A stretch of DNA of 63,974 bases, filler included, from Eremomyces bilateralis CBS 781.70 (lineage: Eukaryota): assembly GCA_010015585.1 (NCBI GenBank). It is 11 parts of 8 records of this genome, joined end to end, with 100 filler letters (N's around TTAATTAATTAA, not from the genome) between each part and the next. Parts side by side here need not be neighbours in the genome. Positions count along the whole stretch, not along the records: positions 7,400 to 31,792 come from ML975150.1; positions 31,893 to 38,898 come from ML975151.1; 9 more parts are not named here. One strand, written 5' to 3'. Below, piece after piece: positions 22,108-32,966 of this stretch. Numbering within the stretch: position 1 is the first letter of the stretch; each line of letters opens with the position of its first letter. The notes under the pieces were generated by a model, which had not been told where the DNA came from, did not search any database, and saw nothing but the letters and a program-made list of their open reading frames with translations. Made by a program: the position numbers and the translations under genes.

Positions 22108-23849
22108 ATGGCTGCAGATATTGACCGAGTCTGCGCTGCAGCAGTAGACGGCCGTCTAAGAAACCCAATTTGGCGCAAAGAACAGCTCTTCCAACTCCAT
22201 CAAGCATTTGCCAAAGATGCAGACAAGATACAGGCTGCAATTTTGCAAGACTCACACGGTTCAGTGGCCGAAGTAGCAGTCGAACTTCGCCTCGCATTGG
22301 ACGCGTTAAAGAAATGCTACCTGTCACTCGACCTCGACAAAGAACTAGAGATGGAATACCGAATAGCTAAGGGATTGGACGACCAAGATCGAAGCGACTG
22401 CCCAGGCCTCGTATACATTGAACCTACGCCGCATACTATGTTTTTTTCTGTGGTAGCAGCACTTGCTCCTGCAATAGCAGCAGGAAACTGCGTCATTCTA
22501 CTAGTGAGCTGCCCTTTTATTCACGCAGAGACAATGAGTCCTCACAAAAATTCATATAGCTCGAAAACACAATGAGAGCGGTGCCTACACTACTTCGCAC
22601 GATGCTGCCTCCTGCACTGGATTCTGACATTTTCTCCATTGCCCGAACCAAAGTGGCCGATCCGGACGTGCTGAGCAAGTGTACTCAAGTCCTCCAGAAT
22701 GGCATCGATGCGGTATCGACCGTCTTTCACCTCGTCTCCCAACCCAATGGGCTCGTGGTTGCAGTTGTAGATCGGACGGCAGACATCACGCAAGCCGCCC
22801 AAGCTTTGGTCATGGCTCGCTTTGCGTACGGGAGCGCCTCTCCGTACGCGCCAGGGCTTGTTCTTGTGCACGAAACTGTGAAGAAACAATTTTTGCTGGA
22901 GACCATGAAACACTCAATCAGAATGCTGCCGGAGCACAGCCTTGCGTCAGGCAAGCAACGCAATCAGTTCTCCAACGGAGACCCAGCGGGAAATTTGCAC
23001 AGTGGCCAAGACAAAGATGGAGTCCGAATCATCTTTCCGAGCTCGGCTGCGGCCATAGTCGAAGTGGAGAATAGGTTCGTGTGCATCAGGTGTCTTCTAC
23101 CAGTAGCACTTTCATGACACTCATCAGGGACTCTTCTCTTGCGCAGAAACTGAGCGAACAATGCCTCTGCGTCTGTTCAATCACGAGCTTAGATGACGCA
23201 ATCGACTTTTCGAATCGGTATGTGTTAGCAATTTCTCAGTTTCCTCTCCTCATACCTGAAATGAGAAGAAGCCAGCCCGAGATCTCGCTGACAACGGGCT
23301 GCAAATGCAGGTTGAGTGAATCACCAATAGCATGTTTCGCTTTTGCGTCAGCTCAAGCCGCAAAATATATATGCCAATATGTCAGATCTGACATTGGTTT
23401 CGTCAACCACATCCCTTTTGAGCTCTTGGGTACGTGGGGTCGCTTCCTGCGAGTTGTTGATCTCCCGTTTCAAATTAAAATCTTAACCTTTCACAGTTGG
23501 TCCCGCTGCCCCCATCAACCGTCCATTCTCCCTCGAGAGTCGATACTGCCCCTCCTTCTTCAGTAAACCTACTCCTCGCTTCGTCAAATCTAGCGCACAG
23601 TCCATACTGTTCCAAGCAGCGGTACTAGAAAGCAATGAAGTCGCAATATCTCGAATTTTAGAAGGGGCCGTCGAGAAGTTACCCGAGCCGAAGCGACCGA
23701 AGCGGCTGATCCCACGTGGATTTTTCGAAGAAGGCGTCCGAACCGGGGCCATTGTTGTATTCTCGCCGCTGTTAATATCAATGACTGCGGCGGGTTACTT
23801 CGGAGCCAAAGCACTGTACTATCGAGTTCTGCAGTACCCCCGCATTTAA
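22108..23849 (+). CDS. aldehyde-dehydrogenase-fold protein with C-terminal hydrophobic anchor, lacking catalytic Cys; multi-exon
   Basis: AIAAGNCVIL, AVVDRTADITQAAQAL, APGLVLVHE, ITSLDDAIDF, FVNHIP. Introns about 22504-22559, 23074-23127, 23218-23310, 23430-23496. Confidence 0.85.
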
Positions 23850-24892
23850 TAGTCGTTACGTTTGGCATGGTAGGGACCTTGTTGCACTTCTACCAGGAAG
23901 ATACGACAGACGAATGTTGCAAACATCTTTCATCTCAATTAGGAATTGTTCCTGGTAGTGATGTCCTCCAAAGGTGCCATACGGCGTTGAATGAGGACGG
24001 GATAAATACGTCGGAGGTTGGAGATTTCACACTGGTCGTCGTTACAAACACCGCGCCGATGGGTCGAAGTCCTTCATATTACATATATCGCTAGTTTCCC
24101 TACGTAATAGTCCATTTATTCGACTACAATGGCGGATTCATGAAATTGAATGGGTTAAAATCCAGATGTGTGTACTTATTCGACTATTCCTATCTCGTCA
24201 TGCTGACATTTGGCGACTCAAGACCGATAGCCGACTCAACGTGGTTTTATCACAGGTTCTATTCGCTTTAATTGTGTCAGTAGGAGCAGTCCACGCTTGT
24301 TAATCTACATCTTTAACCTCTCCAGTCGCTACATTTCAGTCTTATCAGCTAGGGATGCCAACATATCCTTAGATGTGAATCACCATACTACCGCATATTA
24401 CATTACAGCGGACCTAAACGGGGTAAAGACTGTTAGTGCAATGGAAACTAACCAGAGGCCCTTGAATTCCTGTTAAATCATAAAATGAATCTTCTGGTGT
24501 GGACGTCAAAGGGCAAGATTTTCCACACCTTCGCTTTGACGGACTGTTCCCTGAGGCTCATGGGGGACTGAAGACAGTGGAGTTCTTCCGGCTTGATTTC
24601 GCGACATTGTGCCACTCACGTACCAATAATATGGGGAAAGTGCATGGGAGAACCCTGGCCATACTACGGCTATTGGTAATAGAGAATAGCTCCTGCGCCA
24701 TTTGCTCCGGTGGTTGATCTTCAATGAGGTACTACCAGTCACTAGCACTTCAATACGCGGTCTTCCGTGCTTTTGACACCTTTACGAATGGTTAGCAACT
24801 ACACATGGCTACAACTGTTGACCGCCTTATGAGGATGGTCTCGTTTTAGCATTGCTTGCTATTCTTACCATAGTTAACTAGTTGGTTAACTA

Positions 24893-25250
24893 GCGTAACC
24901 CACCAGCGAGTCGCCCAAACCACCGAGTCGCCCATCTCAACCATGGCCCACTACTGTAATCTGAATATCTCAACAACTACTGAAGTCTTTTATTAATTAG
25001 GAAGTAGGCTAGGTTCTACGTTTTCTAATATAGCTAATTGAGCGCGTATTAGCGCCATTGATCACCTTCTTTTTGCGTTGTTTACGCTTTGATAGCGTCT
25101 CATTTGCCTTCCGAAGCTTTCCTATCTCAACCTCCATGATTGAAGCTCCGTGCGCGATCATTTGAACACCCTTTTCAAGGCTTGAAAAGCTTTCTAAAAA
25201 GCAGTGTTGGGGAAGTATTTTGATCTCTTTGAAGGCGCTGTCGTATTGCG
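24893..25250 (-). mobile_element. Fot1/pogo-type transposon 3' end (TIR plus transposase C-terminus)
   Basis: TA then GCGTAACCCACCAGCGAGTCGCCC..., matching the reverse complement of 60820-60903. Minus strand encodes LEKGVQMIAHGASIMEVEIGKLRKANETLSKRKQRKKK. Confidence 0.85.
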
Positions 25251-25289
25251 TTGAATACGCCTTCCTTACTTAGCCCGATGAAACATCAT

Positions 25290-27226
25290 GAGACAAATTA
25301 TAGCAGCATGCTATGTCCTAATACTACAGGACCCGGCCGCTCTATATGGGACATTACCAACCGAAGGGCCTTTGAAGCCCGCATCGATGCTTTGTTCCAC
25401 GCAAATCTCGTACCTGAGCCTCGCACTCTTACCAGTACACACTGGCCGTAACAATGTGGAGAAGATGATCTCCCGTTTGGGGTAGAGCTGTAGCTCTCGG
25501 ATAATTTTGCCTTTATCTCTGCTTGTGAATATGATGTTGGTTACGTTACTGTTGCCACCATCGAGCAGGCGAGGGGAAAGGAAAGGGAATATACTTTACG
25601 CCTTGCTGCGAACGAGGGTGTACGGTCTATGTGACCGTGTTAAAACGGCTCTTATTGAATTACTTCATGTCCTAGAAAAGTGTGCGACAAAAGGTAGTAG
25701 TACCATATTCATAACTATCTATAGACCATGCTGACGTTTGTTCCAGAGCTCTCGCGCAAGCAGTATGCTGAACAGTCTTTCGATATAATCGTCAACCTGA
25801 ATATGAATCGAATATACGGTCGACTCGAATCAGCCCACTTTCAACGTCCAGCTTATGATCGTGGCTCTCATCGAGGTCCGCTGACAGTCCGCTTGAAAGG
25901 GTTACCCACCGGCGCAATTCCAATCTGCAAGATGCATCTTACAAAACTCTCTCTTGAAGTAGACGCATTGCACGAATCTTTTCTTCGGCTAGAGAAATCG
26001 GGACCGGTAGAAACTACAGATACCATTAAAACCGTTGTGAAAAACGTTTATAAAATAACTATCGATGGCATATCACTTCCACGACGGCTCAGCGAAATCG
26101 GGTTGTCCAGAACTGATTCGCGTGAGACTCGCGAGGTTAACAAAATCGCAAATTACTGGCGTATGTCTCACTTTTGCTCATCTTACCCGCTCATACCGCA
26201 GTCTATTCAGAAGGCTGCGATTGGAAATTCTGAAACCATACATGCCGCTCCAGGAGACTAACCAAAAACGATATATCCACGCAGAAATTCAAATGGTTGT
26301 CTACTACGAAACATCTTCAGCTACCGTATGGCCTCGTGCACTAGGCTCTTCTAAGGAAGCCTGCTATTTGTGCTACTCTTTTATCAAGGCTCATGGCTCG
26401 TTCTTCGTTTCTAAGGCACGTCGCCAGATATTCCACCAGTGGACTGTTCCCGACCTCAGTACCTACACAAATGCAACATTACAGCGATTTCGCGCAGCGC
26501 TCAGCGCTGTTAACCAGGTTGTCAGAAGAGACATGAGGAATGCAGAACTCCTTCCGTCCTCGTGGAAATTCCCATTACAGAGCTCGATTCATTTACACAA
26601 AATAGAGCTTCCCACACCTTCTTTGATCACAGTCGTATCTAGCACTGAAACTGGGATAGGAACGGTTTCCACTGCCTCTCGCAACCCACACGAGAGCGCC
26701 GGCCTCCTTGATGAAGCCCAAGCAGATCATGGCTCTGCAGCAGGAGTTCGATATGCAGACACACCAGTGATACCTAAACGAGCAACAATTCATAGGAGTG
26801 AAACTACCTTATCCGCTGCAGAGCTATCTAATTTAGTAACAGTCGACCTGACGCCTATCTCTCCGGAACATGTTTCTCTAGGCTGGCTGAATCTGCACAT
26901 CTATCTAGACAACCTTTCTCTGATGGACAGGAACACTATCCAAGCTTCGGCTATGACCGCCACTCGCTTTTCGAGAGCTAGTGTTTGCTTCGAGCTATTC
27001 CAGAACCGGAATGACGCCAGAGGGGATATAAAGAGCGAGTATTTTGACGTCGGAGACAGCACCTAGAGAAAAGATAGCCATTACAATTCCGCATAGCACG
27101 TCTGGGGAAGGTGTATCGAACACGGAGTTTATACTCTCGGCTAGAACCAGAAACCCTATACGAGTGAGATATATGTACGTGGCACGAAGCACTAGATTCA
27201 ACTCAATGATTAGGATGGTTGATTGA
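25290..27226 (+). pseudogene. OTT_1508-like Zn-dependent nucleic-acid deaminase, frameshifted
   Basis: IHAEIQMVVYYE...LGSSKEACYLCYSFI (HxE/CxxC). Frame change at KIANYWR|CLTFAHL (about 26163) and a second near 27055. Confidence 0.75.
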
Positions 27227-27354
27227 TGCTGTAAGATGCTTGGGCTCCACGCGTAATGCGACACGATGCAACGTTACATAATCTTTAGTCTACTTTGGTT
27301 CAGGACCTGAGGAAGAGAAACCAATGGTACTGGGCGAACTAGGGCCTCTTCGGT

Positions 27355-29193
27355 TCAATTGTATCGAAATCGTGAACTCTTCAGCAGTTTGAGTATTCGA
27401 ATTGTCCCCCCCTTCAATCTCGCGCCACTCTTATCGCCCGCATGGCGCAGGCGTTCGCCCAGCTCCGCCGAGTAAAACTGTCCAACCAGGCTTGCAAAGA
27501 GTGGGTCCTCGCCCTCGTCGTCTTTGACTCTCGCTTTGCTTTCACTGTCGCCTGATTTGTCTGCTTGTAGTCGTTTGCTGGGCTCCGGAGCTGAGCGCGT
27601 CTTTCCATCCGACAAGATTCCCCTCCACGTCCGCTGCTCAGCTTCATCCGTCCAGGTCCAGCTCGGTAGGCGGCGAGTCCAGGCTCGAGCAGTTCTTAGT
27701 TCCGGCTCGCGGGCGGAGACTGGTTTATCGGGCGCAGTAGGAGAGTTGGCCGAGGATTGATAGGAGACCGGGGTAGAGACTTGATTTGCAGGCGTTGTAG
27801 TGCTGATTTCCTCTGTCGCTTGGGGGACTTCAACGAGCTTATTAGCCATGGCGGGCGCCCCCTTAGGCTCGCCCTCGACTTCGCTCTCTGATTGTGATTC
27901 TCCTGGGATAGCATTGCCTGTCGCTGCTTGGACATCATCCTCGGCCTCAAGCGCCCTCTCCAGCGCACCAGTATCGATGTTGCACAGCCGATCCATCAAC
28001 CGCCGGCCCCGCTCGTTCAGGCGCCCATCGGCGTACGCGTCTATCACAAACTTAGTCCACTGTATTACCATCATCACGGCCTCTTTGGCGTCTATCTCGA
28101 ACCATTCCCTGTGGGCCGTCTTGCAGAGTGCGCAGCTGATGAGAGAAATGTTGCGCTCGCTCAGGCTCCTACGCACGATTTGCTCAACGCGGTACGCCCC
28201 GACAAAGTGTACCTCGCTCTCCCAGTGCCGAACCGTGTTCCGCGCATAGCAGTTATTGGGCTGCGCCGCCCGCTTATCACTGTCATGCTGCGTGAATCCG
28301 ATCTTGACAAACCGCGAATTATCCTTGTTCGTCCACACGTATACCTTGCCCTTTTTGCCGTCCATAGAAGTGAAACGCTTCTCGATAGCTTCCATGAGCG
28401 GCCACTTCTTGCTCTTGACGGATTTGAAGCGCCGGTCGATGCGACCGAGAAGTTCGGGGCCGAGGTCGTGGTGCTCGCGGAGGATTCCAGCGAGCTCGTT
28501 GTGTTCTTTGGAGGCCCCGTCGTTTTCGTCATCTATTCTGTCATCTTGTCGTAGTCCACGATACGAGGAATTGCCTCCCTTCTTTAAACCAGTAGCTGGC
28601 GTTGGCGTATCGGGCCGCGACCTTGGCTCCAATTCGTCATCGTCATACTTGCCGGCTATTTGTTCGTGCCGTGCTTCCTCAAAGTGAGGCGTGGGACCCG
28701 GTGTCGTTGCAGCGGTGCTAGCAGGACTTACCATGTCAAATATACCGTCCGGCTCTGAGTCTGGAGAGTCAGCGGCAGTGTTTTCAGCATCGGAATACGC
28801 ATTGTCCCAATCCGAATTCGAAGCCGGAGAATCTTTCGGCGTAGCTGGAAGAGCCCAGGAGGTGGATGGATGGTGTGACCGGGCCTCCTTCCACGCCTGG
28901 AAGTTTTTCATGACAAGCTTTTTGTGTGTCCAACAGTGGGTGTGGAGGAGAAAATTTTGAACATCATTATAAAATGCCTCGCCAACCTCGTCGGGAACTT
29001 CATCTTTCAGCCCAATGAAGTTGTTTTTAAGTGTGTGAATGGCATGCTCCCGCTCTGAGACGACCAAGTGCTTGCATTGTTCCTGAGTGCTCTTAGCATA
29101 GCCGAAGCAGAATTTATCCGCGATATTGAAGATATCGTCCTGCTTAGTAAGCAACAGCAACTTAATCTCCTCAAGAAGCGGATAGCTCATCAT
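27355..29193 (-). CDS. T5orf172/MUG113 (GIY-YIG-like) domain protein
   Basis: Intact 612-aa ORF; GKVYVW...FVKIGFT...AYRVEQIVRRSL...CALCKTAHREWFEI. Confidence 0.85.
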   Translation of the reverse strand: MMSYPLLEEIKLLLLTKQDDIFNIADKFCFGYAKSTQEQCKHLVVSEREHAIHTLKNNFIGLKDEVPDEVGEAFYNDVQNFLLHTHCWTHKKLVMKNFQAWKEARSHHPSTSWALPATPKDSPASNSDWDNAYSDAENTAADSPDSEPDGIFDMVSPASTAATTPGPTPHFEEARHEQIAGKYDDDELEPRSRPDTPTPATGLKKGGNSSYRGLRQDDRIDDENDGASKEHNELAGILREHHDLGPELLGRIDRRFKSVKSKKWPLMEAIEKRFTSMDGKKGKVYVWTNKDNSRFVKIGFTQHDSDKRAAQPNNCYARNTVRHWESEVHFVGAYRVEQIVRRSLSERNISLISCALCKTAHREWFEIDAKEAVMMVIQWTKFVIDAYADGRLNERGRRLMDRLCNIDTGALERALEAEDDVQAATGNAIPGESQSESEVEGEPKGAPAMANKLVEVPQATEEISTTTPANQVSTPVSYQSSANSPTAPDKPVSAREPELRTARAWTRRLPSWTWTDEAEQRTWRGILSDGKTRSAPEPSKRLQADKSGDSESKARVKDDEGEDPLFASLVGQFYSAELGERLRHAGDKSGARLKGGTIRILKLLKSSRFRYN

Positions 29194-29599
29194 CTTGTTT
29201 GAAAGTAAGTTTAGGAACGTAACCGTGGATAAAAGTCAAAAACTACTCTTGCGGAGGAAGTTGAGATAGAGACAGAGACGTGACGACTGAAAAAACAAAC
29301 CGGAAACTTAGATGAGCCAGACTTTATATTCTATCTGATTCCTATCAAGTATTTGGTACGGTCATTTCAGGGTATGAGAAGCGAGGGCGGCACAGCAGGT
29401 CTGCTTCGAGTTAGCGCAAAATTAAACTTTGTTTTTGACCGCTTGTGGCAGTCTCTGGGGTATTTGAGGCGGCCTGAATGGGCTAAGCCTGTGACTTAGC
29501 ATCAATTTTAGCACCCGCGGAAGCGGGCCGGTGCAGATACAAGTTACGACTTTGGCGCGCAATTTGATGTTACTTTTGCTGCCTTTTCAACTATCCCGT

Positions 29600-30604
29600 C
29601 CGATCTCAATATACGCGATACCCCAGCCCACATCTTTTGAAGGCGAGATATATTCTCTTGGACTATATCGGCCCAGATGCTGAAACCATGTTGTCAAATT
29701 CTTGGAACCGGCACCTAGGCGATCCAGTGTGGAGGAATTCCTGTATAAAGGCCTTGCACAGGCTATTTTGACCCTGGCTCGTGTCCCGTTGCCGCGGATA
29801 GAATCCTTTACATTTCACGACGACGGGCCCCTCTCCCTTACAAACCGGCCTTTTTCTTGCTATATCGTGATCTTAGAAAACGACGGTGTACCCAGAGCAA
29901 TGGACAGAGACCAAACGTACACCACATCTGAGTCCTACATCTCGGACCTCTTGACCTACCATGATTTACGCTTTCTCCATCAGCCGAACGCGGTCAATAA
30001 TGGGGATGGTGGCCGGGAACTGATAGTCTCAAAGACAATGCTACGAGCAACTGGGCATCATTATTTGCTCGGAGCTCCGAAACGGCCATTTGTACTAGGT
30101 CTGACCGATCTGCACCAAAGTAACTTGTTCGTCGACGAGGACTGGAACATCAAATATCTCATCGGCCTGAAATGGGTGTGCTCCCTCCCTATTGAGATGC
30201 GCGGCGCTCTGTACTGTTTATGGGGGCACGACCTCGACGATATCATCGGCGCGAATCTAGAAGAATACGTCATAGTACGGGACGAGTACATGCGGATCTT
30301 TGAGGGCAAAGAGGAAGCGCTCTCGCCGAAGTTACAATATGGCTTGTCACTTGCCCAGGTCACGCAGTCAGTGTGGGAGAAGGGTTGGGTTTGGTATTGT
30401 CTGTCGTTGACGTCTGTGAATGGGATGTGCATCCTCTTTGATCAATACGTTTGCAGGAAATACCATCCCTTCCCGCTGACCAAGGAAATGGATACAGTCG
30501 TTTCCTGATTCTGGTCGCAGAACTCGGAAACGATCCTCGATGGGAAAATTGCAGATAAGATGAAGTATGATCAGGAACTGCAAGAGTTGTTCTCTAGAAA
30601 CTGA
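29600..30604 (+). pseudogene. APH/choline-kinase-like phosphotransferase, degenerate
   Basis: LARVPLPRIESF, LTDLHQSNLFVDEDWNIKYLIGLKW (metal-binding Asp replaced). Frameshifts near 29700 and 30505; 5' part missing. Confidence 0.8.
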
Positions 30605-31167
30605 AAGCACGAGCGGAAGAGTGATGCCGTTTCATCGGAGAGCTGATTTCATGCTGAGGATGTATGCCTGTCTGTGGAGGACTTGCTAGTCTACCTGTGG
30701 CATGAATACTGGATACATCGTGATGGGTCTTGGGAAAGCCTCATATCGTTCCTAGACGGCGCATTACTTCTCCTCTCCCTCTCCTTTACCTTCCCGTCTT
30801 TTTTAACGTGTTCATCACCCGACCCCTTCCCTCGCCATTTCCTAGCGGCCTTTCCTGACAGATAAACGACCTGTAGACTCAATAGTCTCCGCACCATACC
30901 ATACGGGCATACCAAGAGGCTCCCAGGTGCTCCGAGAAACACTCTGAGAATGCTATCCTAGATCATTGCGAGCGCCCTCCAGAAGGTCTGATATTACCTG
31001 AACGGCTGGCCACAGCGATGGATACCGCACGGTCTCCTGTGGGGTATCATGACGCGCTCTATGTTTTCCCGCTTCTTGTTGTTAGCAGCTGGTAGGGCAT
31101 TTTTCACTAATTACAACTAAGTAGACATGTCTCTGGGCACACCCCCGAAAGTCACCAAATCTGATAG

Positions 31168-31530
31168 CCATGCACCGTATCTTGAGATACGCTGCAAAAC
31201 ACATGCAAATGCAAATCCAGTCTACTTTTTGATTTCTTAATTAGAAAATATCTAATATTTCGTATGCCACCCTTTTGCTTTGATTACTGCCCGTAGTAGA
31301 CGTCGTGGAATTGAGTCGATTAGTTCTCGGATCGTCTCCTGAGGGATCGCCCACCACGCCTCCTTTAACGCCGCATTCATGGGCTCTCGTGCCTCCTCCG
31401 AGGCGCCCATCGTCTTCAATTCAGGGTGGAGCTCTAGGACCTTGGTTTTCAACAGATGCCATATGCGCTCGATGGGGTTGATGTCTGGGGAATTGGCCAG
31501 CCAATCGATGACCCAGATCAGGCGGTTGCA
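31168..31530 (-). mobile_element. Tc1/mariner (DD34E) transposase 3' remnant
   Basis: WLANSPDINPIERIWHLLK...LIDSIPRRLLRAVIKAKGWHTKY-stop (31252), followed by a TIR-like GTATCTCAAGATACGGTGCA. Confidence 0.85.
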
Positions 31531-31892
31531 TATATTGTTACAATGCTTGGCGTGCAACTCGCAAAAAAAAACCAGACTGCCAAATTTCGGTAACGACTCT
31601 TGCAATCCAAAACCACCAAAACCACCAAAATCTACCAAAATCTACCAAAATCAAGTTTCCTTAATTACTGCTTATCACAAGTACTAACTATAATAAAATC
31701 CCGCAAGGATCTACCCTATCACCCGCGCTGTTTATCCTATTTATATCTGACCTACTACAACAGTTTAAAGATGTTCAGGGTAACGTGCTCGGNNNNNNNN
31801 NNNNNNNNNNNNNNNNNNNNNNNNNNNNNNNNNNNNTTAATTAATTAANNNNNNNNNNNNNNNNNNNNNNNNNNNNNNNNNNNNNNNNNNNN

Positions 31893-32261
31893 TCTCTAGG
31901 GAGGCTTCCTCGTCACTGCCATCATTAAGAAGATGATAATCAACTCTCTCGGAGCGAAGACGGCGCTTCCCAAGAGACATGGATAAGTCATCCATATTAA
32001 GAAAGAAGTTGCAACATATTGATATGCTTTGTATCTCTTAGAGCTCAAATCCTCTAGTTGGAGCATGTTGGGTAAACAAAAGTCGCGACTGCTGGGCATT
32101 CATTCATTGGCTCGGCTTTTGCCGAATAAGTCTTGGCATTATTTACGAATATTCGCGAATAATACGAATAAAACGTCTCGAAATTTAGTCGAATACGAAT
32201 AATCGTTCCCAGGGAAAAGTCGAATACGAATAGCCAAAATCCTTATTCGTGTCCAGCCCTA
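31893..32261 (-). mobile_element. terminus of a second hAT-like element
   Basis: Reverse complement starts TAGGGCTGGACACGAATAAGG with multiple subterminal CGAATA motifs (32146-32250). Confidence 0.65.
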
Positions 32262-32262
32262 T

Positions 32263-32616
32263 ATTGACCGACGCCTCGTGAGTCCTGAGTCACTTAGAGA
32301 GGCGGGCGAACGATTCAAAGAACATCCAGATTATGTAGTCGTCCATCGAGTTCTCACGAAGGACGAGGTCCAAAGTCTGGCGGACTGTACTAGGGACTTG
32401 AGAGAAGTTATAAACCAAGCGTTGGTGGATGAAGCGGTCCCCCATATCCAGCGGTTCGCATCCCGTACCCATGAAATGAGGGAGGCTATATTGAGATCGG
32501 GAAAAGGAGGCCCGCTTTTCAGTTATGTGGAGGACTATGAGTCCGATTCCGAGAATGAGGCCCATGTCCGTGGTCACGTTGATCAGCCATCAGGTGCCTC
32601 TTCTGGTGGAGATTGA
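32263..32616 (+). pseudogene. 3' fragment of a gene carrying a conserved fungal motif of unknown function
   Basis: IDRRLVSPESLREAGERFKEHPDYVVVHRVLTKDEVQSLAD starts immediately after the TIR, so the gene was interrupted by the element. Confidence 0.6.
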
Positions 32617-32966
32617 ACCTGGCCAGACCGTGGACAAAAGTATTGGGCCTCGAAGTAGGAAACCGAGCCCATGTCGATTTTCAAAGGAAGACGAGGATGA
32701 GGAAGATCCCCTGGAGACGACAGAACACCCTTAGTTTACTTGAGTTAAAATGGTTGTCTTGGGTTTTGGACGGCTTTACTCCATTCATGGGCGCCTCTTG
32801 CTCAATCCGGTTGAACAATTGCCACTGTGATAAGTTGATTTTTAGTCTATGAACCCGTGAGCTTGGATTTCAACTTATTTGTCCTAATGACTGGCAATAT
32901 GGAATCGGTACCCTAAATTACATTGAGTGCCAATGAAAATAGATCGATCCAATTCAGAACGAAAAC

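Noticed and set aside
27800..28960. Long antisense or overlapping ORFs (also at 33044, 49331, 50426, 52174)
   Set aside because: Shadows of GC-rich real genes with no motifs of their own.
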